This document shows positions 26,675 to 37,394 of a DNA stretch of 64,000 nt, piece by piece. A program made the position numbers and the translations under genes. The notes under the pieces are model-generated. The model did no database searches, was not told the origin of the DNA, and saw only the letters and a program-made list of their open reading frames with translations. How positions within the stretch are numbered: the stretch's first letter is position 1; each line of letters starts with the position of its first letter. The stretch is from Patescibacteria group bacterium (GTDB lineage Bacteria > Patescibacteriota > WWE3 > UBA101185 > UBA10185), in NCBI GenBank assembly GCA_049322215.1, contig JBMORU010000001.1, forward strand, positions 836,023-900,022. Direction: 5' to 3'.

Positions 26675-27676
26675 ATGTACCCACCAGACATTGACCACAT
26701 TGTTAAAAAATTTAAGCTTCCAGAAGAAAAGTACACGGTGCTTGATTTAGAAGAGCAACAGGGTTGGGGTACTAAAGTGCTATTGCGTCTTGATTTTGGA
26801 GACAAAGGCAAGTATGTGTTAAAAGGCAAAGATGATAATCAAATAGGAGGTCTTTTAGAATCTTCAAAACTTACCGAATATTTTGTACTAAATAAATATT
26901 TGGTTAGACAACCAATACTAACTAAGGAAAACAAATTTTTATACACAGAAAACTATATAACTTGGAATGTAACTAAATACATAGAAGGCATTGATAGCAA
27001 CTTTTCAAATTATCAAAAAAGTACTATTGAATCATTAATTGAACATATTAATGGATACATGGAATTAACATACGGAAATGAGAACTTAGCAGCTAAATAT
27101 AATATTGAAATAGTAAATAAAAACAATGTGTTTGATTCATTTAAACGCGTTGCAGATGAGAAAGTATCTAGTGTGCTGCTAACATTAATAAATAGTGAAA
27201 CTGTACAACTGAAAGATTGGCTCACAAATACTAGGCAAAATATTTTAAATATTTATCAAAAAAATGATAACAAAGCCATAATTCATGGCGACTTACATAA
27301 CAAAAATATACTTACATCTACTGACAGTACGTCTGTTGCGGCAATAATAGATTGGGACCACTGTAAATTCGATTTAGCCTTACTTGATATAGCTACATTC
27401 ACTAACCAGTTTTACGAACATGTTGTTAAAGTTGAAAAACAACATCTTTTACAATATTTTATGAAGAACTTAGAAAACATAGAATTTTTTTCAAAAATAC
27501 TCAATGACTATGAACTAATAAGGCAATTTCAACTCACTAAAACTAAATGGAATTCAATTTTGTTTTATGCTGATTTACTAATTAAGTATGGTGATACTAC
27601 ACACGAAGAAGATAGGTTTATTGCAACCATAAAAAGTGAAGCTCACGCCTGGAAAGCACTTTTGCACCAGCAATAA
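26675..27676 (+). CDS. phosphotransferase-family (APH/choline-kinase-like) protein
   Basis: Brenner motif IIHGDLHNKNIL and IIDWDHCKFD. Confidence 0.65.
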   Translation: MYPPDIDHIVKKFKLPEEKYTVLDLEEQQGWGTKVLLRLDFGDKGKYVLKGKDDNQIGGLLESSKLTEYFVLNKYLVRQPILTKENKFLYTENYITWNVTKYIEGIDSNFSNYQKSTIESLIEHINGYMELTYGNENLAAKYNIEIVNKNNVFDSFKRVADEKVSSVLLTLINSETVQLKDWLTNTRQNILNIYQKNDNKAIIHGDLHNKNILTSTDSTSVAAIIDWDHCKFDLALLDIATFTNQFYEHVVKVEKQHLLQYFMKNLENIEFFSKILNDYELIRQFQLTKTKWNSILFYADLLIKYGDTTHEEDRFIATIKSEAHAWKALLHQQ

Positions 27677-27681
27677 TAGCT

Positions 27682-28245
27682 TTATGAAATCTCTTTATGC
27701 CTAAAGCATGATATCAAATGATCATTTACCATACCTGTGGCTTGCATGTGACTGTAAATAATAGTTGGACCAATAAATTTAAAGCCACGTTTTTTTAAAT
27801 TTTTGCTTATTTCTTCTGATAAGGGTGTTTGCGTAGGTATTTCTGACAATGCAGAATAGTTATTTAAAATAGGTTTGTCCGATACAAAATTCCAAATATA
27901 TGTAGAAAAGCTTCCAAACTCTTTTTGAACATCAATAAAGCATTTTGCATTGTTTATGCTTGCTGTAATTTTTAATTTGTTCCTTACTATATTAGGGTTA
28001 TTTAGTAATGATTTGAAATCTTGATTAGAAAAAGCAGCAATTTTTTTTACGTCAAAATTTTTATAAGCTAATTTATAACCTTCGCGTTTATTTAAAATAG
28101 TAGACCAACTTAAGCCCGCTTGTGCTCCTTCTAAAATTAAAAATTCAAAAAGTTTAGTGTCATCGTGTATAGGAACACCCCATTCTTCATCGTGATACTT
28201 AATCATTTTTTCATCGGTTCCCACCCAAGGGCATCTTTGCAGCAT
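27682..28245 (-). CDS. tag: DNA-3-methyladenine glycosylase I
   Basis: RCPW...YHDEEWG...EGAQAGLSW motifs. Confidence 0.9.
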   Translation of the reverse strand: MLQRCPWVGTDEKMIKYHDEEWGVPIHDDTKLFEFLILEGAQAGLSWSTILNKREGYKLAYKNFDVKKIAAFSNQDFKSLLNNPNIVRNKLKITASINNAKCFIDVQKEFGSFSTYIWNFVSDKPILNNYSALSEIPTQTPLSEEISKNLKKRGFKFIGPTIIYSHMQATGMVNDHLISCFRHKEIS

Positions 28246-28336
28246 AAAATATTATAGGCAAACTTTTTCAGCAAAAAAAAGAGGCAGAACATAATGTACA
28301 TTTTTTGTATACATCATGTTTGCCTCAATTAATTAG

Positions 28337-28603
28337 TTAGCTGCGAATTCTTCGAACGCTTCGATCCTTGGCGCAGTAACCTTTATCACCGGGATCTCTT
28401 ACAGCTTCTTCAGAGCGACGTGTATTTGGCGTGGGCTCCAAAAAAACTCGATCGTTGTTGTCAATAGCCTCACCGTGTTCCAGGGCAAATTGCAAAGGAA
28501 TAAAAATGTGGCCAAATTGGTTTAGGTGTGTTTTTTCTTCAGGTTTTGCGAGGGCATAACCTTTACGTTTGTCGCATCTGAAAATCTGAGCTTTAATAAG
28601 CAT
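28337..28603 (-). CDS. hypothetical protein (88 aa), elevated GC
   Basis: ORF only. Confidence 0.35.
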   Translation of the reverse strand: MLIKAQIFRCDKRKGYALAKPEEKTHLNQFGHIFIPLQFALEHGEAIDNNDRVFLEPTPNTRRSEEAVRDPGDKGYCAKDRSVRRIRS

Positions 28604-28675
28604 CTCACTACTCCTTATTAGGTAATATTTGATTTGTTCTATAATTATAATACTATAGGGCTGTTTTGTTAAGGG

Positions 28676-29635
28676 CTAGTCTTCGCACTTAAAATGCTGG
28701 CGCAAATCAGCGGCGGCATCTTCTGAAGTTGCTTTATCGCTAACCCAAATTCCTGCACCCATTTCTAAAGCACCAAAAACCTTTATGTGCGGTAAAAATC
28801 CAACATGCCAATGGTAAGGTTCGTAACGTAAATTATGAATCCAAAAGTTTCTATCGGGTCGGTCAAAAAGTTGATTATATGCAACTAATGCACCTTTTAG
28901 TATGCGTGCGAAATCTTGTATTTCTGGTTCTGTTATATACAAAATGTTAGGTCTGTGTTCTTTTGGAACTAAGCGCATTTCATAGCTCCAACGTGATACG
29001 TATGGAACATATAAAACAAAATGAGCAGACTCGTGTATAACTCTTTTTCCATACCCAAGCTCTTTTTGCATTTCATCAGACCAGTAAGAACGCCCAAACT
29101 CATTAAAATAATGTAAAGCAGCACTTTTTTCGCGTTCCATTGTTCCAGGAAATCCTTTTGCTGCAAGTATTTGAGAATGCGGGTGTTCTATAGAGGCACC
29201 TGCTTTGCCACCTCTATTATTAAAAATGAAAACTTCTTTGTCTTTGGCGTTATAATAAGCTACACGATTTAAATACGCACGAATTATACGTACTGTTTGT
29301 TCAATCGGTAAATCTTCTATGTCTTTATCTTCAAAAGGGGAGTGAACTACAATTTCGTGATCTTCCAGTAAAGGAAACTTGTTTTTAAACACTCTAACAT
29401 TCCAGTCATCTTCATCTTGATACAAAGTTGGGGGAGTTAAGTGCTCGTTACCTTTTGCAAAATAATCTGTGCGTTTTTTTGGTTTTTCCGGTTCACTATC
29501 TGAGGGCTTTGCATTTTGAATACTAGAAACTGCACCTGTTTGGTCTACACGTTTTGCTCTGTTTGTGGCTATTATTGTTGGTTCACCTGTTAAAGGATCA
29601 AAAATAAAGGTATTCATTATATTAGTTTCACACAA
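28676..29635 (-). CDS. galactose-1-phosphate uridylyltransferase-family (GalT/HIT-like) nucleotidyltransferase
   Basis: N-terminus 'FDPLTGEPTIIATNRAKR'; active-site 'EHPHSQI' (HxHxQ). Confidence 0.75.
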   Translation of the reverse strand: MCETNIMNTFIFDPLTGEPTIIATNRAKRVDQTGAVSSIQNAKPSDSEPEKPKKRTDYFAKGNEHLTPPTLYQDEDDWNVRVFKNKFPLLEDHEIVVHSPFEDKDIEDLPIEQTVRIIRAYLNRVAYYNAKDKEVFIFNNRGGKAGASIEHPHSQILAAKGFPGTMEREKSAALHYFNEFGRSYWSDEMQKELGYGKRVIHESAHFVLYVPYVSRWSYEMRLVPKEHRPNILYITEPEIQDFARILKGALVAYNQLFDRPDRNFWIHNLRYEPYHWHVGFLPHIKVFGALEMGAGIWVSDKATSEDAAADLRQHFKCED

Positions 29636-29688
29636 GAAACTTTGTTGTACAACTACCTGATATAAATATATAAGTGTAGAATATTTAC

Positions 29689-30390
29689 GTGAACTTATTA
29701 TTTTTTGCTATGGTTCCAATATCACTTACTATTGCACACCTGTTTGGTCTGCAGTGGAATATTAAATCAAAGAAAGATTTAGATGGACTAAAGTCACTTA
29801 CAGCAGGATTATCAGTAGCATATGTATTTTTGGTTTTAATTCCTGAAATTGCTGCACTTAAAGTTACAACTACAATTGAACCACTTACTTTAGCTTTCTT
29901 CGGATTCATTATTTTTCACTTAACACACTCATTTGTGTTTCAAACTAGAAGTCATATAAAGAGAATTACGCTTCTTGATGAAGTTCATGTGGCTACCGCT
30001 GGTTTATATAATTTTTTATTAGCATTTTTGCTTGTGGAATTGCTTAAAATAAATGTTTTTCAAGGCATAATAGTTTCAGCAATTATAATTACACATACGA
30101 TTCTAAGTGAACTAACACATGCTGATATGCAGCCAAATACAAAGATAAGTGAACAAATTAAACCTACAGTTATAATTTTAGGAACCCTTGCGGGAGGACT
30201 ATTAGCCACCTTTGAAGTAGTGCACTATGCAATTGCCGATATTTTGTTTGGATTTACGGCAGGTGCAATTATTTACATAACCATTAGAGAAGAAATACCG
30301 TCAGATTCAAAAGGGAAACCAAAATGGTTTATAATAGGCGCGGCAATTCTTTATTTAGTAGATCATTTGTTATTAAAACTAACCCTGTAA
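29689..30390 (+). CDS. ZIP-family metal cation transporter-like membrane protein
   Basis: His-containing TM helices (HLTHSFVF, ITHTILSELTHADM) and C-terminal 'ITIREEIPS'. Confidence 0.45.
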   Translation: MNLLFFAMVPISLTIAHLFGLQWNIKSKKDLDGLKSLTAGLSVAYVFLVLIPEIAALKVTTTIEPLTLAFFGFIIFHLTHSFVFQTRSHIKRITLLDEVHVATAGLYNFLLAFLLVELLKINVFQGIIVSAIIITHTILSELTHADMQPNTKISEQIKPTVIILGTLAGGLLATFEVVHYAIADILFGFTAGAIIYITIREEIPSDSKGKPKWFIIGAAILYLVDHLLLKLTL

Positions 30391-30409
30391 AAAATAAGGA
30401 GACAAATAA

Positions 30410-30688
30410 ATGTCAGAAAATGTAGTGGAAATTACCATTGCTAACATGTCAGGAATTAAGCGCGCAGATAACGGACTTCCAATGTGTACACAAGCTGAAC
30501 TTGAAACTTACATGTGCAAAACAGCAAAAAATAGATTTTGGTTTTCTGCTAATGTAAACGGGAAAGTTGAGTTTTTTCTTTCACGCCAACCAGTACAAAA
30601 AGGCACACTGGTTAGAATTTCCGGGCAAAAAAAGACTATGGCAGTAAATACCTACAGAATGAAATATTTCTTTCTTGAAGACGCCTAA
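30410..30688 (+). CDS. hypothetical protein (92 aa)
   Basis: ORF followed by a terminator. Confidence 0.4.
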   Translation: MSENVVEITIANMSGIKRADNGLPMCTQAELETYMCKTAKNRFWFSANVNGKVEFFLSRQPVQKGTLVRISGQKKTMAVNTYRMKYFFLEDA

Positions 30689-30690
30689 AA

Positions 30691-30737
30691 GGTTAGATTC
30701 TGTTCTCACAAAGGGGATAGAATCTAACCATTTTTTG
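30691..30737 (+). terminator. Rho-independent terminator (GGTTAGATTCT-loop-AGAATCTAACC, then a T-run)
   Basis: Read directly from sequence. Confidence 0.6.
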
Positions 30738-30744
30738 TTAAAAT

Positions 30745-31857
30745 GTGGTCATGAAAAAAATTGCAATTTTTATTGTTTTGCCTCTTTTGCTTTTAATGTT
30801 TACCGGGAAAGCACACGCACAGGTAACTTCTGAAACACAAACAGGTGTAATTAAAAGCATAGAAGCATTAAGCAGCAATCCAATAGTCACTGGGCAACCA
30901 AATATTGTACTTAAGGTAGAACTTACGTCTGGAAAAAATAAAGGCAAAGAAATAACAATTGATTTAAGCAACGATATAGCAGCCTTAAATAAAAACTATC
31001 AAGCCGGAAATAAAATCCTTGTTCAAAAAGCCATTAATGAGCAAGGAGAAGAAATATATTATGTTAATGACTTTTTAAGAACTAACGCACTTATTGGACT
31101 TGCAATAATATTTGTTATTGCCGTATTAGTTGTAAGTAAAACCTGGGGACTTGCGTCTATTTTGGGAATGGCTTATTCCTTTTTTATAATTTTCAAATTT
31201 ATGCTACCTAATTTACTCAACGGATATGACCCTCTTTTAGTTGCAATTGTTGGTGCAATTTTAATATCACCTGTTACATTTTACTTTTCTCATGGATTCA
31301 ATAAAAAAACCACTGTTGCATTAATTGGTACTTTTATAGCTTTGCTAATTACTGAAGTGTTATCAACAATTGCCATTAATATGTCGCACTTAACAGGTTT
31401 TGGGTCTGAGGAAGCTTACTTTTTAAACTTAGCTAGTAAAGGAACTATTAATATGAAAGGCATTTTTTTAGCCGGAATAATAATAGGCACACTTGGGATA
31501 CTTGATGACGTAACTGTTTCACAAGCTTCGATTGTAAACCAACTTAAAAAGGCCAACAAAACTCTAACTCAAGCAGACTTGTTTAAAAGAGCAATGCATG
31601 TTGGACACGATCACATTACATCTACAGTAAACACACTCATTTTAGTTTATACAGGAGCCGCTATGCCTTTATTATTGTTATTTTTGAATTCTCAAAAATC
31701 GTTTATAGAACTCATTAATACAGAAATGGTTGCTGAAGAAATAATTCGAACGATGGTAGGAAGTATTGGTCTTATAGCCGCGGTGCCCATAACTACCTTA
31801 ATAGCGGTTTATGCATTAACAGGTGATGAAGACGACTCATTAGCACATCATCATTGA
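30745..31857 (+). CDS. YibE/F-like membrane protein
   Basis: Signal peptide, soluble N-domain, then ~7 TM helices. Confidence 0.45.
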   Translation: MVMKKIAIFIVLPLLLLMFTGKAHAQVTSETQTGVIKSIEALSSNPIVTGQPNIVLKVELTSGKNKGKEITIDLSNDIAALNKNYQAGNKILVQKAINEQGEEIYYVNDFLRTNALIGLAIIFVIAVLVVSKTWGLASILGMAYSFFIIFKFMLPNLLNGYDPLLVAIVGAILISPVTFYFSHGFNKKTTVALIGTFIALLITEVLSTIAINMSHLTGFGSEEAYFLNLASKGTINMKGIFLAGIIIGTLGILDDVTVSQASIVNQLKKANKTLTQADLFKRAMHVGHDHITSTVNTLILVYTGAAMPLLLLFLNSQKSFIELINTEMVAEEIIRTMVGSIGLIAAVPITTLIAVYALTGDEDDSLAHHH

Positions 31858-33026
31858 TTTTTGCTTTTGTGGTAACTCCCAATTGCTTCTGAAATATTTG
31901 AGTAACCATCTTTATGTATTAATGTAATTAATTCTTGTGAAATTTCGGAAGCTAGCTGAGGCCCACAATATATCATTCCGGTTATAAGTTGTACTAAAGA
32001 GGCGCCATACTTAATTTTTCTGTATGCATCTTTTGCATTAAAAATACCACCGCATCCAACTAAAATAATGTTTTTTCCAAAATGCTTATAAGATTTTTTT
32101 ATAAGTAAATCAGATCCTTTTTTGGTTGGAAATCCACTAAAGTTACCCTTTAATTTAGATATAGCTGCTACTTCTTTTTGATTTAAAAACGTATTATCTC
32201 TGTTTTTTACTAAATTAGACAAAATGAATTTATTTACCCCCATATTGGTACATAACTGCATGATTTCTTTAGTATGAGAAAACTCAAGCTCGTTAGGCAT
32301 TTTCACAAAAATGGGCTTTTTAATGTTTAGCTGCATTATTTCGTATAAAAGAGATTTTAGGTTATTGAGGTCAGTAAACGATTCAGTCATTGCAGTATTT
32401 GGGCAGCTTATATTTAATTCAAAATACTTAATGCAACTTTTATGCTTAAAAACATTAAATGTAGCTACATAGTCATTAATTGCTTTAGATATAGTATTTA
32501 TACTTGGAACATTAGAACTACCAACACTAATGCCTACTACAGAACTTTGTAAACTCATAGAATTTAGACGAAATGCTACATTTTCGGCTCCTGCAGATTT
32601 AAATCCTTTGTTAACCAAAAGTGATCTTGATTGGGGAAGTCTGTACAACTGCGGATATTTGTTTCCTTCGTATTGACGATATGTAACAGAACCAACAGTG
32701 TTAAAACCAAAACCCAAACAAGACATAAACTGAGCCAGATTTCCATCATAGTCAAACCCCGCAGCTAAACCTACCGGATTACTAAAATTAATGCCAGCAA
32801 TAGTTTGTGATAATATTTCTGACTTACACACAAATGCTTTTTTAGTAAGAGCTGATAAATATGTCGATTTGCTTAAACTTTCTCCTATAGATAAAGCCTG
32901 CGCATGTACGATGTGCGGGTCTATTTTAAACAAAACAGGCTTTAAAGCATTTTTGTACGTATTTGAAATTATTTTTGTACTTAACATATACTTAGTGAAA
33001 TCTATCAGGTAAATTGATTTTAACAA
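31851..33026 (-). CDS. pyrD: dihydroorotate dehydrogenase (Cys-type active site) with N-terminal extension
   Basis: GLAAGFDYDGN, NISCPNT, GCGGI..AKDAYRKIKYGASLVQL. Confidence 0.8.
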   Translation of the reverse strand: MLKSIYLIDFTKYMLSTKIISNTYKNALKPVLFKIDPHIVHAQALSIGESLSKSTYLSALTKKAFVCKSEILSQTIAGINFSNPVGLAAGFDYDGNLAQFMSCLGFGFNTVGSVTYRQYEGNKYPQLYRLPQSRSLLVNKGFKSAGAENVAFRLNSMSLQSSVVGISVGSSNVPSINTISKAINDYVATFNVFKHKSCIKYFELNISCPNTAMTESFTDLNNLKSLLYEIMQLNIKKPIFVKMPNELEFSHTKEIMQLCTNMGVNKFILSNLVKNRDNTFLNQKEVAAISKLKGNFSGFPTKKGSDLLIKKSYKHFGKNIILVGCGGIFNAKDAYRKIKYGASLVQLITGMIYCGPQLASEISQELITLIHKDGYSNISEAIGSYHKSKNQ

Positions 33027-33051
33027 AATTTATACGAAAGGCCTTATATTT

Positions 33052-33990
33052 ATGAATACAGGACACCACAAAACAAAAGCAGTAATTGTAGGAGCAGGAC
33101 GTGTTGGTTCTACCTTAGCATACGCATTATCTTTAAAATTGCTAGTTTCAGAAATAGTACTAATTGATATTGATGAAAAAAGAGCAATGGGAGAAGCTAT
33201 GGATTTAAACCACGGGTTGTCTTATTACGAAAACATAAAAATACACAGCGGAACTTACGAAGATGCAAAAGGAGCTTCATATATTTTAATTACTTCTGGA
33301 ATTAGTCAAAAGCCTGGCCAAACTAGACTAGACTTAGTTAAACAAAATGTAGAAATAATAAAAGACATTGTACCTAAATTGGCAGAATATAATTCAACAG
33401 CTCAATATGTACTAATAAGTAATCCTGTAGATGTTTTAACATATGTAACGTTAAAAATTACCGGATTCAAGAGACATCAGGTGTTTGGTACAGGTACCAC
33501 TCTTGATACAGCCCGCTATAAATACTTAATTGGGCACCACTTTAATGTAAGTCCATCTAATGTGCATGCCTTCATAGTGGGGGAACATGGAGATAGCGAA
33601 GTTCCGTTACTAAGTATGGCCAATATATCAGGAGTTCCTTTAACAAAGTTTGAGGAGTTTGATTTAAACAAAATGAACGAAATATTTGAATCAACCAAAA
33701 CTGCTGCTTACAAAATTGTTGAAGCTAAAGGATCTACATACTATGCAATTGGTTTAGTTACAGCAGAAATTGTTCAATCAATGGAACACAACCAAAAGAA
33801 AATATTTCCTGTTTCATCTTTGATTGAAGGGCAACTAGGCATAGAAAACGTATGTTTGAGCTTACCAACAGTTGTTGAAGGTACAGGAGTAGGGGATATT
33901 ATTAATATTTTCCCAACAGAAGAAGAGACTCAAAAAATACAAGCTTCTGCGAAAGTGCTTCAGCAAGTCATTAAAGACGTGGGGTTTTAA
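33052..33990 (+). CDS. ldh: L-lactate dehydrogenase
   Basis: GAGRVGST NAD motif; GEHGDSEVP signature. Confidence 0.9.
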   Translation: MNTGHHKTKAVIVGAGRVGSTLAYALSLKLLVSEIVLIDIDEKRAMGEAMDLNHGLSYYENIKIHSGTYEDAKGASYILITSGISQKPGQTRLDLVKQNVEIIKDIVPKLAEYNSTAQYVLISNPVDVLTYVTLKITGFKRHQVFGTGTTLDTARYKYLIGHHFNVSPSNVHAFIVGEHGDSEVPLLSMANISGVPLTKFEEFDLNKMNEIFESTKTAAYKIVEAKGSTYYAIGLVTAEIVQSMEHNQKKIFPVSSLIEGQLGIENVCLSLPTVVEGTGVGDIINIFPTEEETQKIQASAKVLQQVIKDVGF

Positions 33991-34027
33991 TCTACAATAA
34001 TGCTTAAAAAATGCTAAAATCAAAAAC

Positions 34028-34975
34028 GTGCACTCTCCTAGGGTTATAGAAGTAACAAACCTAATTAAGAAATATAAAAAGGCAAACAAAAATGCCGTAG
34101 ATGGAGTTTCTTTTTATGTAGAAAAGGGATCATTTTTTTCGCTTTTAGGACCAAATGGAGCAGGAAAAACAACTACTCTTTCAATATTAAACACAACATT
34201 GTCAAAAACATCCGGGCAAGTAGAACTGGCCGGATTTGATTTAGAAAAAAGCCCGGATATGGTTAGAAAAAATATTGGGGTAATTTTTCAAAACCCCAGT
34301 TTAGATATAAACCTAACTGCGGAGGAAAATGTTAGATTTCACGCAAATATATATGGCTTGTATTCATATAGACCAACATTTAGCATGATGCCCGAAGAAT
34401 ACAAAAGCCGTGTAATGGATTTAGCAAATGTACTTGGAATAAAAGAAGAAATATTTCAGCCTGTAAAATCATTGTCAGGCGGAATGAAACGAAAACTGGA
34501 AATAATAAGAGGATTAATGCATAAGCCTAAAATTTTATTTTTAGACGAACCAACAACGGGATTAGATCCTTTAAGTAGAAGACATTTGTGGGAGTATTTA
34601 CAAAAAATAAGAGAAGAGGAAAAGGTAACTATATTTTTAACAACTCACTATTTAGAAGAAGCTGAAAGCTCAGATTATCTTGCCATAATAAAAGATGGCA
34701 AAATAGTTTCTAAAGGAACTCCTACCGAAATCAAAAATGCCCTTATAAAAGAATACTTAATATTTGATGCAGAAAATAGGAATCAACTAGAAAAGGAACT
34801 AATCGACAAAAATATAGACTTTAAAGGTACGGGTCCTTTCAAAGTACAATTAAACGGAAACACTGGGCAAAGTATAATAAAAAATCTTGATACAAAGTTA
34901 AGCTTACTCGACATTAACAGACCAACACTTGAAGAAGCTTATTTGCAAATAATAGGAGCAGGTGAAAATGAATAA
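34028..34975 (+). CDS. ABC transporter ATP-binding protein (ABC-2 type)
   Basis: Walker A GPNGAGKTTT, signature LSGGMKRKLEI, Walker B LFLDEPTTGLD. Confidence 0.9.
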   Translation: MHSPRVIEVTNLIKKYKKANKNAVDGVSFYVEKGSFFSLLGPNGAGKTTTLSILNTTLSKTSGQVELAGFDLEKSPDMVRKNIGVIFQNPSLDINLTAEENVRFHANIYGLYSYRPTFSMMPEEYKSRVMDLANVLGIKEEIFQPVKSLSGGMKRKLEIIRGLMHKPKILFLDEPTTGLDPLSRRHLWEYLQKIREEEKVTIFLTTHYLEEAESSDYLAIIKDGKIVSKGTPTEIKNALIKEYLIFDAENRNQLEKELIDKNIDFKGTGPFKVQLNGNTGQSIIKNLDTKLSLLDINRPTLEEAYLQIIGAGENE

Positions 34976-35750
34976 AGAGTTAACTGCAATTATTACAATT
35001 GCATTCAGAGATCTTACAAAATTAATGAGAGATAAATTTAGAATTGCCGCAAACTTTGTTTTTCCTTTGATTTTTATTGGCGTGTTAGGAACAAGTTTAC
35101 AGTCTAATTTACAAGAAAACTTACAATACAACTTTTTAACTTTTGTTTTTACCGGAGTTGTCGCACAAACATTATTTCAATCAACTGCGGCAGGTTTAAT
35201 TTCACTAATTGAAGATAGGCAAAATGACTTTGCTCAAGAACTTTTTATATCTCCAATTTCCAGATATTCCATAATCATAGGAAAAATCTTGGGCGAAACA
35301 ATGGTAGCTTTTGTACAAATAACAGGGGTGCTTATTTTTGGCTTATTCTTTAATGTTCCTTTGGATATATTAACTTTAGTAAAACTTATACCCATAGGAA
35401 TTCTAATTGCGTTTTTTGGAGGTGCCTTTGGTGTTATTGTAATGGCAAACTTTAGTGATCAACGCACGGCAAATCAAATATTTCCATTTCTTCTATTTCC
35501 TCAGTTCTTCTTAGCTGGAGTTTTTAACCCAATCAAAGTGCTACCAACACCTATTTTGATACTTTCACGTATTGCCCCTTTAACATATGCCGTAGACCTA
35601 TTAAGAAGCATGTATTACGCAGGAAAGCCTGAGGCAGCGCATGCAGTTTTATATCCAGTTTGGTTAAATTTAACTATAGTAGGAGTATTTCTAATTTTAT
35701 TTTTAGTAGCGGGCACACTTTTATTTGTCAAAAAAGAAAAAAACAGATAA
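34962..35750 (+). CDS. ABC-2 family transporter permease
   Basis: Six TM helices; overlaps the ATPase gene stop. Confidence 0.8.
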   Translation: MKMNKELTAIITIAFRDLTKLMRDKFRIAANFVFPLIFIGVLGTSLQSNLQENLQYNFLTFVFTGVVAQTLFQSTAAGLISLIEDRQNDFAQELFISPISRYSIIIGKILGETMVAFVQITGVLIFGLFFNVPLDILTLVKLIPIGILIAFFGGAFGVIVMANFSDQRTANQIFPFLLFPQFFLAGVFNPIKVLPTPILILSRIAPLTYAVDLLRSMYYAGKPEAAHAVLYPVWLNLTIVGVFLILFLVAGTLLFVKKEKNR

Positions 35751-36392
35751 CTAAAATAGAGTAGGGCGACTAAAGCTTTGCGTTAAGTTTTCTTTATCAA
35801 CTTTTATTCTTTGTAATCTCTCTAAATCAAAAAAGTTTTTCACACCATATTTTTTTGAAGCAATTTTTACTAACTCAATAAGTACAACTGCGGTAGCCTC
35901 TGCATCGGGCAATGCTCTATGTCTAGCTGAAATTTTAATATTAAAATATTCCGATAGGGTATCTAAATTAGCACTTGGTAAATTAGGTAGCAGTTTTCTA
36001 CTAAGTTGTACTGTACAAATTCTTGGAACTTCAAACAAATGACCTACATTTTGCATTTCAGAGGCAATAAAGGGGTAATCAAAACCCACATTATGTGCAA
36101 CAAAAATAGTGTCATTAGTTAATTCGTTAACTTTATGGGCAATTTCCCTAAAAATAGGCTTTCCTGCTACATCAGCATCTCTAAGATTTGTAAATGTTGT
36201 TATCCAGTATGGAATTTTTTGCCGCGGATCAATTAAAGTTTCCCACTTATCTATAATTTCCCCATTTTTCACTAACACAATACCTATGTCCATTACTTTA
36301 TTATGTTCAGGAAACATTCCGGTAGTTTCAGTATCGATTACAGAAAAAGTTATATCGTTTATAGATTTATTAACCAGTTCATTTATGTGCAT
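35751..36392 (-). CDS. DnaQ-like 3'-5' exonuclease (DEDDh)
   Basis: Exo motifs VIDTETTG, FVAHNVGFDYPF, HRALPDAEAT. Confidence 0.85.
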   Translation of the reverse strand: MHINELVNKSINDITFSVIDTETTGMFPEHNKVMDIGIVLVKNGEIIDKWETLIDPRQKIPYWITTFTNLRDADVAGKPIFREIAHKVNELTNDTIFVAHNVGFDYPFIASEMQNVGHLFEVPRICTVQLSRKLLPNLPSANLDTLSEYFNIKISARHRALPDAEATAVVLIELVKIASKKYGVKNFFDLERLQRIKVDKENLTQSFSRPTLF

Positions 36393-37368
36393 TTTCTTTA
36401 GATCTGTATTTTGTATGCCAATCCCAAGCAGTTTGAATTATATCCTTTATGCTATTGTACTCCGGTTCCCAATTTAAAACTTCGCGTGCCTTTTTACCTC
36501 CAGAACATAACTCAGGTGGATCTCCAGCCCGTCGAGGTGCTTCATCAACTTTAAAATTAACACCAGTAACTTCTTTTGCAGCCTCTATTATTTCTTTAAC
36601 AGTAAAACCGTAACCTAGACCTAAATTAAAGAAATCAGAATTTCCTCCACTTTGTAAATACTCAACGGCTTTTAAATGTGCCTGCGCCAAATCAGTTACA
36701 TGTACATAGTCTCTTAAACAAGTGCCATCTTTAGTGGCATAATCAGTCCCAAAAATTTTTATGCTGTCTCTAATACCTAGTGCGGCATCAAGTACTAAAG
36801 GAATTAAGTGATGTTCGGGCTGGTGCATTTCTCCGATTTCAGAATCTGCAGCACAACCTGCAGCATTAAAATATCTGAATGCGACAAATTTTAAACCGTA
36901 TGCTTTGGCATAATCGGTCAAAATTTTTTCTGTAAATAACTTACTCATGCCATAGGGATTAATTGGATCTTGATTTTGTGTTTCTAAAATAGGCATTTCT
37001 TCGGGCATGCCATAAGTTGCACTTGTTGAAGAGTAAACAAGAGTATTAACGTTATGTTCACGCATAGAGTCAAGTAAGTTAAGTGTGCCTAATACGTTAT
37101 TTCTGTAATATTTTCCAGGATTAGAAACCGAATCAGCTACATCTGCAAAAGCGGCAAAATGTATAACTGCTTCAAAATCATATTTATCAAAAACTGAATC
37201 AAGCTGCTGCTTATTTAACAAATTAGCTTTTTCGAAAGCACCCCATTTAACTAATTCTTCAAATCCATTACTTAAATCATCTAAAACTACGGTATTTATA
37301 CCTTTTTCGTTTAAATACTTATTCATGTGTGAACCTATGTAGCCCGCACCACCAGTGACTAATATCAT
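36379..37368 (-). CDS. galE: UDP-glucose 4-epimerase
   Basis: MILVTGGAGYIGSH, catalytic YxxxK (YGMSK). Confidence 0.9.
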   Translation of the reverse strand: MILVTGGAGYIGSHMNKYLNEKGINTVVLDDLSNGFEELVKWGAFEKANLLNKQQLDSVFDKYDFEAVIHFAAFADVADSVSNPGKYYRNNVLGTLNLLDSMREHNVNTLVYSSTSATYGMPEEMPILETQNQDPINPYGMSKLFTEKILTDYAKAYGLKFVAFRYFNAAGCAADSEIGEMHQPEHHLIPLVLDAALGIRDSIKIFGTDYATKDGTCLRDYVHVTDLAQAHLKAVEYLQSGGNSDFFNLGLGYGFTVKEIIEAAKEVTGVNFKVDEAPRRAGDPPELCSGGKKAREVLNWEPEYNSIKDIIQTAWDWHTKYRSKENAHK

Positions 37369-37394
37369 ACTTTTACCTCAATTAATTTAAATAA

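Noticed and set aside
33862-34089. 75-aa minus-strand ORF spanning the ldh/ABC intergenic region
   Set aside because: Overlaps the ends of two strongly supported plus-strand genes. No RBS.
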